A stretch of DNA of 64,000 nt. Source: Thermoanaerobaculia bacterium. Lineage in GTDB: Bacteria; Acidobacteriota; Thermoanaerobaculia; UBA5066; Gp7-AA6. Numbering within the stretch: position 1 is the stretch's first letter; the number at the start of each line of letters is the position of its first letter. Positions 1 to 7,584 of this stretch are shown here, one piece after another. The notes below the pieces were generated by a model that was given only the letters and a program-made list of their open reading frames with translations, did not search any database and was not told the DNA's origin. The position numbers were made by a program, and so were the translations under genes. The DNA lies in NCBI GenBank assembly GCA_035498835.1, contig DATJZU010000158.1, positions 5,778-69,777 on the forward strand, in the 5' to 3' direction.

Positions 1-1574
1 CCAACCTGGCCGGACTGCTCCTCGTCCGGACCATCGGCCGCCGCCGCGAATTCGCCGTTCGGAGCGCCCTCGGCGCGACGCCCCGGCGTCTCGCGGCGCA
101 GCTCGCTGCCGAGGGGCTCGCGCTGGCGGCCTTGGGCGGCGGGGCCGGCCTGGTCGTCTCGCGCTGGGGCATTGAGCTGCTGGCGCCGATGCGTTCGGCC
201 ATGGGACTGCTGCCCGCTTCCCTCGAAGACCGTCTCAGCGGGACTTCGTTACCGGTCTCCGTCGCCGTGACCGCCGTCGCGGCGCTGCTCGTGAGCCTCC
301 TGCCGGCATCGCGCCTCGCGCGCTCCGCGCCGCAGGGGTTCCTGAAGGGCTCGACTGTCGGCCAGGCCGGGCAGACCGCGCGGCGCCGATCCCAGCACCT
401 GTTCGTCGCTCTCCAGATCGCGGGCGCCGTGATCCTGGTCAGCCTCGGCGGCGCCGCCGCGCGAAGCTACCGCGACTTCAACGGGCGGGACCGGGACGAC
501 ACCGCTCGCGTCGTGTACTCGAATCTCCGGATCCCTCGAAGAGGTGCCGCCGAAACGCCCGCCCGGTTCTTTGCGACCGTGCGGGAACGCCTTCTCGCCG
601 TGCCGGGAGTCGAGACCGTCGGCGCGGAACTTCGGGATTTCACGATGCGTCCGCGGGTCGGCGGCGAAACACCGGTCGTGACGGTGACGCGCGCCGCCGG
701 CGAAAGCGAGGCCGCCGGCAGCCGGGTCGGCGGGTTCGCCGTCGATCCGGGTTTCTTCCCGGCGACCTCGGCCGCGGTCATGCGCGGAAGGAACTTCGGC
801 TCCGCGGACGACGAGCCGGGAGCGCGGGTCGCGATCGTGAACGATCTCGCGGCGAAGACGTGGTGGCCGGGCGAAGATCCGATCGGCAAGCGCCTCAAGT
901 TCGGCCGCGCCGGTGAAGCGACCCCCTGGGCGACCGTGGTCGGCGTCGTCGAGAACGTCCGTGAGTCCGATCCGATCGACCTCTTCGAGGACCTGCGCCC
1001 GACAGTCTTCGTTCCGCTATCTCAGGGAACCGGCGATCTGATCGAGATCTTCTTCCGCACGAAGGGGCAAGCCTCCCCCACGGCGCTCGAGGCCGTCCGA
1101 TATGCCCTGCGCGAGATCTCACCGGAGGGCCATGCGTTCGTCGCGACGCAAAAGGGTGTGTATCGGCAGGTCCTCGATCCGATGCGGCGCAACGTCGTGG
1201 GCATCTTCGGCGCAGCCGTCTGCGGACTGCTGCTCGCGGCGATCGGCATCTATGGCGTCCTCTCCCATGCGGTCGAGCGGCGCCGGCAGGAGATCGGCGT
1301 GCGGATGGCGCTCGGCGCGAGCCGGGCGTCTCTGTCGGGCCTCGTGCTCGGCGAGGGCATCCGCATGGCGCTCGCCGGACTCGGCACCGGGCTCCTCGCG
1401 GCGTTCGCCGCGCTGCGGGTTCTTCAGGGGCTCTTCTTCGGTGGTCTTCGAGTGGACCTCGCGACGGTCGCCGCCGTTTGCGTCACGCTCGCCGCGTTGA
1501 CCCTGATCGCGGGCGCGCTGCCGCTGCGCCGAGCGCTCCGAGTGGACCCCCTGACCTCGATGCGGAGCGAGTGA
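1..1574 (+). CDS. ABC transporter permease, FtsX/MacB-like (5'-partial; frame open from window start)
   Basis: Reading frame is open from nt 3 with no stop. The translation shows an FtsX-type transmembrane segment, a large periplasmic MacB-like domain (..VAIVNDLAAKTWWPGEDPIGKRL..), and a C-terminal FtsX 4-TM domain (GIFGAAVCGLLLAAIGIYGVLSHAVERRRQEIGVRMALGA). Confidence 0.8.
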   Translation, partial: NLAGLLLVRTIGRRREFAVRSALGATPRRLAAQLAAEGLALAALGGGAGLVVSRWGIELLAPMRSAMGLLPASLEDRLSGTSLPVSVAVTAVAALLVSLLPASRLARSAPQGFLKGSTVGQAGQTARRRSQHLFVALQIAGAVILVSLGGAAARSYRDFNGRDRDDTARVVYSNLRIPRRGAAETPARFFATVRERLLAVPGVETVGAELRDFTMRPRVGGETPVVTVTRAAGESEAAGSRVGGFAVDPGFFPATSAAVMRGRNFGSADDEPGARVAIVNDLAAKTWWPGEDPIGKRLKFGRAGEATPWATVVGVVENVRESDPIDLFEDLRPTVFVPLSQGTGDLIEIFFRTKGQASPTALEAVRYALREISPEGHAFVATQKGVYRQVLDPMRRNVVGIFGAAVCGLLLAAIGIYGVLSHAVERRRQEIGVRMALGASRASLSGLVLGEGIRMALAGLGTGLLAAFAALRVLQGLFFGGLRVDLATVAAVCVTLAALTLIAGALPLRRALRVDPLTSMRSE

Positions 1575-1595
1575 CGCCTCCGATAAGCTCCCGCC

Positions 1596-2960
1596 GTGGC
1601 CCCGACGGCTAGCCGCATCCTCGTCGCCGACGACCAGAAGGACGTCCTCGAGGCCCTGCGCCTCCTCCTCAAGTCCGAGGGGCTCGAGGCCGAAACGGTC
1701 TCCTCCCCGGCGGCCGTGGTCGGCGCCGTCTCGGCGCGCGACTTCGACGCCGCCCTGATCGACCTGAACTATGCCCGCGACACGACGTCGGGTCAGGAGG
1801 GGCTCGACCTCCTCGCCCGCCTCCAGGAGCTCGACGCGACGCTGCCGGTCGTCGTCATGACGGCCTGGAGCAGCGTCGATCTCGCCGTCGAGGCGATGCG
1901 CCGCGGCGCGCGCGACTTCGTGCAGAAGCCCTGGGAGAACGCCCGCCTGCTCGCGACGCTGCGCACCCAGATCGCGCTCGGGCGGGCGCTCCGGCGCGGC
2001 GCGCGGCTCGAGGCGGAGAATCGCATTCTCCGGCCCGAGCCGGACCCCTCGATCCTGGGCGAATCCGCCGCCATGCGTCCCGTCCTCGAGCTCATTGCCC
2101 GCGTCGCCCCGTCGGACGCGAACGTGCTCATCGTCGGCGAAAACGGCACCGGGAAGGGGGTCGTCGCGCGGGCGATCCACGCGGCCTCGACGCGGCGGAA
2201 CCGGCCCCTCGTGACGCTCAATGCCGGCGGCGTTTCCGAGGGCGTCTTCGAGAGCGAGCTCTTCGGGCACGTCAAGGGCGCCTTCACCGACGCGCGCGCC
2301 GACCGGGTCGGGCGCTTCGAGCTCGCCGACGGGGGAACGCTCTTTCTCGACGAGATCGCGAACGTGCCGGCGAGCCAGCAGGGCAAGCTCCTGCGCGTCG
2401 TCGAGACCGGCGAGTTCGAGCGCCTCGGCTCCTCGCGCACGCGCAAGGTGGACGTCCGCATCCTCTCCGCGACCAACGCGGATCTCGCCGGCGAGGTCGC
2501 GGCCGGCCGTTTCCGCCAGGACCTGCGCTTTCGCCTCAACACCATCGAGATCACCGTCCCCCCGTTGCGGGACCGGCGCGAAGACATCCCGCTCCTCGCC
2601 CAACACTTCCTCGGCCTCCACGCCCGGCGCTACCGCAAGGACGTCGCCGGATTCGAGCCCGCCGCACTCCAGACGCTGCTCGACCATCCCTGGCCCGGCA
2701 ACGTCCGCGAGCTCGACCACGCGGTCGAACGCGCCGCGCTCCTCGCCTCCGGGCCGCGCGTGCGGCCGGCCGACCTCGGGCTGCGTCCGCTGCGCGACGG
2801 CGCGGAGCCGCCCCTCGAGGAGATGAGCCTCGAGGAGGTCGAAGGCGTCCTGATCCGCAAGGCGCTCTCGCGCTTCGGCGGCAACGTGAGCCGCGCGGCC
2901 GAGGCACTCGGCCTTTCGCGGAGCGCGCTCTATCGCCGGATGGAGAAGTACGGGCTCTAG
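1596..2960 (+). CDS. sigma-54-dependent response regulator (NtrC family enhancer-binding protein)
   Basis: N-terminal receiver domain (ILVADDQKDVLEALRLLL), AAA+ sigma-54 activator core (GENGTGKGVVARAIH, ESELFGHVKGAFTDA) and a C-terminal Fis-type HTH. GTG start 22 nt after the permease stop. Confidence 0.9.
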   Translation: MAPTASRILVADDQKDVLEALRLLLKSEGLEAETVSSPAAVVGAVSARDFDAALIDLNYARDTTSGQEGLDLLARLQELDATLPVVVMTAWSSVDLAVEAMRRGARDFVQKPWENARLLATLRTQIALGRALRRGARLEAENRILRPEPDPSILGESAAMRPVLELIARVAPSDANVLIVGENGTGKGVVARAIHAASTRRNRPLVTLNAGGVSEGVFESELFGHVKGAFTDARADRVGRFELADGGTLFLDEIANVPASQQGKLLRVVETGEFERLGSSRTRKVDVRILSATNADLAGEVAAGRFRQDLRFRLNTIEITVPPLRDRREDIPLLAQHFLGLHARRYRKDVAGFEPAALQTLLDHPWPGNVRELDHAVERAALLASGPRVRPADLGLRPLRDGAEPPLEEMSLEEVEGVLIRKALSRFGGNVSRAAEALGLSRSALYRRMEKYGL

Positions 2961-2969
2961 CGGCCGGCC

Positions 2970-3737
2970 ATGCTTCGCGAGGTCGCGCCGGACGGGCGCC
3001 GGGAGCTCGCCTCCTTCTTCCGCTCGCACCCGCCGCATCTGCGCGCGGGAATCGCCGCGGTGCTCGAGGGCCGGGCGGGCCGCGCCTGGATCTCCGGAGA
3101 CGGAGCCGCGGTCGCCGCGCGGCTTTCGGTCGGCTGCTACGACGTCTTCGGCGGCGACTCCGATTCGGCCGCCGCGGAGGACGTCTCCCGCGGCGTGGCC
3201 GGCCCGCGCGAGCTCGTCCACGGCAACGATCCCCGCTGGGACCGGCGGCTGCGCGAGATCTTCGGCGCCCGGCTGTCGGAGCGCCCCATGCGGTCCTACG
3301 ACGGCGAGGATCTGGCGACGGGGCCTTTGCGGGAGCTCGCCGCGGCGCTTCCGTCCGACGCCCTCCTGCGTCCCATCGAGGAGCGCTGCTCGGGACAGCT
3401 CGACGCGGAGCTCTCGCCGCACGCGCTTCAGGTCTATGCGAGCGCGGCGGAGTTTCTCCGAGAGGGCTTCGGCTTCGGCGTGTTTGTCGGCCATCGCCTC
3501 GCCTGCGCGGCGACCTCCTACGCCGTCGGCGGCGGCGCGGTCGAAGTGGCCATCGCGACCCGGACCGCGTTTCGCGGGCGCGGCTATGCGGCCGCCGCGA
3601 GCGCGCGTCTTCTGCTCGAAGCCGTCGCGCGCCGCCTGGCGCCGCACTGGAACGCGTCGAATCCCGTCTCGCAGCGGCTGGCCGTTCGCCTCGGCCTCCG
3701 GCCGGCCGGAATCTGCGAGGTGCTCTACCTCGGCTGA
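2970..3737 (+). CDS. GNAT family N-acetyltransferase-like protein
   Basis: C-terminal acetyl-CoA-binding-like motif (VEVAIATRTAFRGRGYAAAASARLLLEAV). Lies between the response regulator and kinase genes with 9- and 42-nt gaps. Confidence 0.55.
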   Translation: MLREVAPDGRRELASFFRSHPPHLRAGIAAVLEGRAGRAWISGDGAAVAARLSVGCYDVFGGDSDSAAAEDVSRGVAGPRELVHGNDPRWDRRLREIFGARLSERPMRSYDGEDLATGPLRELAAALPSDALLRPIEERCSGQLDAELSPHALQVYASAAEFLREGFGFGVFVGHRLACAATSYAVGGGAVEVAIATRTAFRGRGYAAAASARLLLEAVARRLAPHWNASNPVSQRLAVRLGLRPAGICEVLYLG

Positions 3738-3779
3738 CCTGCGACCGTATACTCGCCGCCGGACCAGGCGCGCCCCGCC

Positions 3780-5099
3780 ATGAAGCTCGCGCACGACAAG
3801 CGGGTGATCCTCCTCGCGAGCGCGGCCGCGCTGCCGGCTGCCGCCGTGGCGATCGCGATCCTCTGGAGCCAGGACTTCACCGACCGCACGCGCTGGACGC
3901 TGACGGCGCTCGTGCTGATCTCGGCGGCGGCGTTCCTGCGGGCGCTCTGGGAGCGAGTCGTCCGGCCTTTGCAGACGGTCTCGAACCTGCTCGCCGCGAT
4001 GCGCGAGGACGACTTTTCCATCCGGGCTCGGGGCGCGCGCGGAAACGACCCGCTCGGCGAGGTCCTGCTCGAGGTCAATGCGCTCGCGGACACTCTTCGC
4101 CGGCAGCGCCTGGGCGCCCTCGAGGCGACGGCGCTCCTTTCCCGGGTGATGGCGGAAATCGAGGTCGCGGTCTTCGCGTTCGACGAGGACGGCGAGCTCC
4201 GCCTCACGAACCGCGCGGGCGAGCGCCTGCTCGGCCAGCCCGAGCCGCGGCTGCTCGGCCGGAGCGCCGCGGAGCTCGGCCTCGAGGCCTGCCTGCGCGA
4301 GGAGACGCCGCGCGTTCTCGACGCGTCCTTCCCCGGCGGCGCGGGGCGCTGGGAGGTGCGCCGCAGCTCCTTCCGCCAGGGCGGCCGCCCGCACCATCTC
4401 CTCGTGCTCGCCGACGTGTCCCGTCCGCTGCGCGAAGAGGAGCGCCAGGCATGGCAGCGGCTCATCCGCGTGCTCGGCCACGAGCTGAACAACTCGCTCG
4501 CGCCGATCCAGTCGATCGCCGGCAGTCTCTCGGGTCTCCTCGGAAACGAAACGCCGCCCGCGGACTGGCGCGAAGACGCCGGCCGCGGCCTCGCGGTGAT
4601 CGCCTCGCGGGCGGAGGCGCTCTCGCGCTTCACCGGTGCGTATGCGCGCCTGGCGAAGCTGCCGCCCCCGCGTTTCGAGCGCATCGAGCTGTCGGCCCTG
4701 GTCGCCCGGGTCGCCGAGCTCGAGACGCGGCTTCCGGTCCGTGTCACGCCGGGGCCGCCGCTCTTTCTCTCGGCCGACCCGGACCAGCTCGAGCAGCTCC
4801 TCATCAATCTCGTTCGTAACGCCGCCGACGCCGCCCTCGAGACCCGCGGCGGCGTCACGGTCGGGTGGGAGCGGACCAACGGACGGCCGCCGCAGGTCGT
4901 CCTGCGCGTCGAGGACGAAGGACCGGGCCTGACGCGAACCGAGAATCTCTTCGTGCCGTTCTTCACGACGAAACCCGGCGGAAGCGGCATCGGCCTCGTC
5001 CTTTCGCGGCAGATCGCCGAGGCCCACGGCGGGACGCTGACCCTGGAGAATCGCCGCGGCGCGCGCGGCTGCGAGGCCGAGCTGCGGCTGCCTCTGTAG
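3780..5099 (+). CDS. sensor histidine kinase (TM + HAMP/PAS-like + HisKA + HATPase)
   Basis: N-terminal transmembrane helices, an H-box (GHELNNSLAPIQSIAG), and ATP-binding N/G boxes (LVRNAADAA ... GGSGIGLVLSRQIAEAHGG). Confidence 0.85.
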   Translation: MKLAHDKRVILLASAAALPAAAVAIAILWSQDFTDRTRWTLTALVLISAAAFLRALWERVVRPLQTVSNLLAAMREDDFSIRARGARGNDPLGEVLLEVNALADTLRRQRLGALEATALLSRVMAEIEVAVFAFDEDGELRLTNRAGERLLGQPEPRLLGRSAAELGLEACLREETPRVLDASFPGGAGRWEVRRSSFRQGGRPHHLLVLADVSRPLREEERQAWQRLIRVLGHELNNSLAPIQSIAGSLSGLLGNETPPADWREDAGRGLAVIASRAEALSRFTGAYARLAKLPPPRFERIELSALVARVAELETRLPVRVTPGPPLFLSADPDQLEQLLINLVRNAADAALETRGGVTVGWERTNGRPPQVVLRVEDEGPGLTRTENLFVPFFTTKPGGSGIGLVLSRQIAEAHGGTLTLENRRGARGCEAELRLPL

Positions 5100-5102
5100 G
5101 AA

Positions 5103-5921
5103 CTAGACCCGGAACCTCCTCAAGCGTTCGCGGTAGCTCTCCGAGAGTGTCAGCTCGGTGCCGTCCTTCAACGTGACGCGGTAGTCCCCGTTGAACCAGG
5201 GCACGAGCTCCCGGACCCGGTCGATCCGGACGATCGTCGACCGATGAATCCGCAGGAATCGGTTCGGCGACAGCCGCGCCTCGATGCCGGAGGTCGTCTC
5301 GTGGTGGACGTACTTTTCGGCGCCGACGTGGAGGATGACGTTGTTGCGCGCCGACTCGATCCAGTCGATGTCCGCGACGCGGACGAAGATCGAGCGGCCG
5401 TCGCGCTTGACGAGGAGCCACTCTTCGAGCCGCCGCTTCCCGGGAACCTCGAGATCGCTGCCGTTCGCCGCGTACGACCCGCGGGCCCGCGCGAGAGCCG
5501 CGGCGATCCGCTCCGAAGCGAACGGCTTGACGACGCAGTCGGCCGCGTCCGCCTCGAAGGCGCGAACCGCGGCCGTCTCTCGCGAAGTCAGCAGGACGAA
5601 AGCCGGGCGCGTCTCGAGCGGAAAGGAGGCGACGACGTCGAATCCCGAGAGGTCGGGCAGGTCCGCCTCGAGGAAGACGACGTCGGGGCGGAGCCTCCGG
5701 ACGGCCTCGATCGCACCGCCGCCGTCTTCGGACTCGGCCGCGATCTCGACGCCCGGCAGCCGCTCGAGCGCGCGCCGCAGAACCGCGCGCCACGAGCGAT
5801 CCGGATCGACGACCAGCACGCGGCAGCGCTCGGAAGGAACCGGAACGAGGCTCGCGGAAGGAACCGCCGCCCGAATGGTCCGCGGCGGCGCGAAGGACCC
5901 GAGGGCTTTGACGCTCGACAT
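5103..5921 (-). CDS. LytTR family response regulator
   Basis: Receiver domain (RVLVVDPDRSWRAVLRRALE ... DVVFLEADLPDLSGFDV) plus a C-terminal LytTR DNA-binding domain (FVRVADIDWIESARNNVILHV). Confidence 0.85.
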   Translation of the reverse strand: MSSVKALGSFAPPRTIRAAVPSASLVPVPSERCRVLVVDPDRSWRAVLRRALERLPGVEIAAESEDGGGAIEAVRRLRPDVVFLEADLPDLSGFDVVASFPLETRPAFVLLTSRETAAVRAFEADAADCVVKPFASERIAAALARARGSYAANGSDLEVPGKRRLEEWLLVKRDGRSIFVRVADIDWIESARNNVILHVGAEKYVHHETTSGIEARLSPNRFLRIHRSTIVRIDRVRELVPWFNGDYRVTLKDGTELTLSESYRERLRRFRV

Positions 5922-5930
5922 GCCGCGAAT

Positions 5931-6849
5931 CTACGCGGACCGGCCTCCGGCGTCTTGCAAGAATCCGACATCCCCCGAGCCCGTCCGGGCGGCCGCCGGG
6001 CAGACCCTCAGGCCGGACTCCCCGTCCAGCGTGAAGCCCGGATCGGCGCCCGCTCCCGCCGCCCGCCGCGCGGCGAGGCCGCGAGGCGTCAGGCCGGAGA
6101 GCCGCCGGACCTCGTTGACGAGATGGGCCTGGTCGCAGAAACCGAAGTCGGCGGCCATCCCCGCCCAGTCCGGCCGCGCTCCCCGGTCGAGGGCCCGCAG
6201 CATCGCCTGGAATCGCACGATCCGTGCGAGCGACTTCGGCGCGAGCCCGAGCGCGGTCGAGAACCGGCGCTCGAGCTGGCGGGCGGAGACCCCGGAGGCG
6301 CCGCACAGGTCCCCGATGCGGACGCGTCCCCGGCGACGCCGGATCTCGCCGGCGGCGGTTTCGACGGCGGCGTCGCGGCACGCGCCGTCCGCGAGCCGCG
6401 CGAGAAGGAACTCTTCCGAGATGCGCATTCGCGCGGAGTCATCGGGAGCGTCGAGGAGGCGCTCCTCGAAGCGGCGTCCGCCCGCGCCCCAGACCTCTTC
6501 GAAGGATGCGAGGCAGTCGGTGAGCGCGTCGAGAGAGAGGCCGAGAAACGGATAGGCGCCGCCGGGCCGGAAGCGGATGCCCATCGTCGCAATCGGACCT
6601 TCGGGCTGGATGTAGAGCGGACCGGTCAGCTGCCCCGCGACCACTCCGGGCGCGAGCCGCCGCGGCGCGCCCTCCGGCGACCATTGCCGGAAGGGGCTTC
6701 GGCGATGCAGGACCACCTCGATCGAGCCGATCGGGAGGAGCCGCTCGACCGGGCAGCCGGCACCCTTCGTTCCGGCCCCCTCCTCGAGAAACCAGAAACA
6801 CTCGACGTATCGGCCGAGCTCGCCGTGGGCGCGCAACTCTCGGTACATG
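5931..6849 (-). CDS. AraC family transcriptional regulator
   Basis: C-terminal HTH_18/AraC signature (IGDLCGASGVSARQLERRFSTALGLAPKSLARIVRFQAMLR). Start set at MYRELRAHGELGRYVE (ATG at 6849) rather than the longer upstream ORF extension. Confidence 0.75.
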
Positions 6850-6946
6850 AGGGATCGGCTCCTGCGGGAGATATACGGCGGGGCCGCCCGAAAGATTTGC
6901 GGGGAGGGCCGCCCAGGCCCCCGGACCGCACAAGATCGTGTCAGTC

Positions 6947-7306
6947 TCAGGCGCGCTGCGGCGCCGGAGCACGGTACCGCTGCGTCGCGTAGCCCACGAT
7001 CACGCCGACGATGGCGCCCGGCAGCATGATCTCGAAATAGTAGTGCTTGCCGTCCGGCTGGGGCATCGAGGCCACGAGCCAGGCGAGCAGCAGGCCGACC
7101 GATCCGCCGAAGAGGATGCCGAGCGGCAGCGAGTCGACCTTCCGGGCGAACCATCCGATCAGCACGCCCGCGATCAGCCCCTTGAACATCGAGCCGATGA
7201 CGATCATCACGATCTGCGAGCGCACCGCCGGCGTGAAGAGCGCCGTCAGCCCGTCGAAGATTCCGAGGACCCCCCCGAGAACGAGACCGAAGAGCGGTTT
7301 GCTCAT
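6947..7306 (-). CDS. small integral membrane protein (glycine-zipper TM helices), function unknown
   Basis: 119 aa with three predicted hydrophobic helices carrying GxxxG motifs. Good context with no competing same-strand gene. Confidence 0.5.
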   Translation of the reverse strand: MSKPLFGLVLGGVLGIFDGLTALFTPAVRSQIVMIVIGSMFKGLIAGVLIGWFARKVDSLPLGILFGGSVGLLLAWLVASMPQPDGKHYYFEIMLPGAIVGVIVGYATQRYRAPAPQRA

Positions 7307-7431
7307 TTCGCGATGCCTCCTCGAAGATCAATTTAACCGCTCGACCCGTTTTCCCGAGGCTCGCCCTCCGGTTTTCCGGTCACCGCTTCAGATTCCCGGA
7401 CCCTCGTCCTTCGACGGCTTCCGCGCGGCCG

Positions 7432-7450
7432 CCGCCGGTCACTCCGGCGG
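7432..7450 (+). promoter_or_regulatory. perfect 7-5-7 inverted repeat CCGCCGG-tcact-CCGGCGG; candidate enhancer (UAS) for a sigma-54 activator
   Basis: Seen directly in sequence, about 80 nt upstream of the -24/-12 promoter match. Confidence 0.3.
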
Positions 7451-7515
7451 TCGGCTCGCGACCCCGACGCCTCCCGCCGTCCAGGGGCCGCACGACCTGT
7501 CACGCCGTTGCGGCA

Positions 7516-7531
7516 TGGCAATCGCGTTGCT
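7516..7531 (+). promoter_or_regulatory. sigma-54 (-24/-12) promoter candidate TGGCAA-tcgcg-TTGCT upstream of the TonB-dependent receptor gene
   Basis: GG and GC elements are spaced exactly 10 nt apart. 11 of 12 consensus positions match TGGCACG-N4-TTGCW. The predicted transcription start is about 40 nt before the ATG at 7585, which has an AGAGGTGG ribosome-binding site. Confidence 0.45.
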
Positions 7532-7584
7532 CTCTCTTCGGCGACGCGGGGCGCGTCGCTCCGCGCAAACGAAGAGGTGGAAGC

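Noticed and set aside
1119-5027. 1302-aa ORF on the minus strand (and similar giants: 5244-6992 +, 7047-9959 +, 13393-15960 -, 33489-39245 + at 1918 aa, 51114-53618 +, 55649-57871 +)
   Set aside because: These are antisense to well-supported genes. They are Arg/Ala/Gly/Pro-rich, low-complexity translations typical of stop-poor shadow frames in DNA of about 70% GC, with no domain signatures.
5931-7331. 466-aa extended version of the AraC ORF
   Set aside because: The N-terminal 160 residues are low-complexity and overlap the small membrane protein gene region. The domain-consistent start is MYRELRAHG at 6849.
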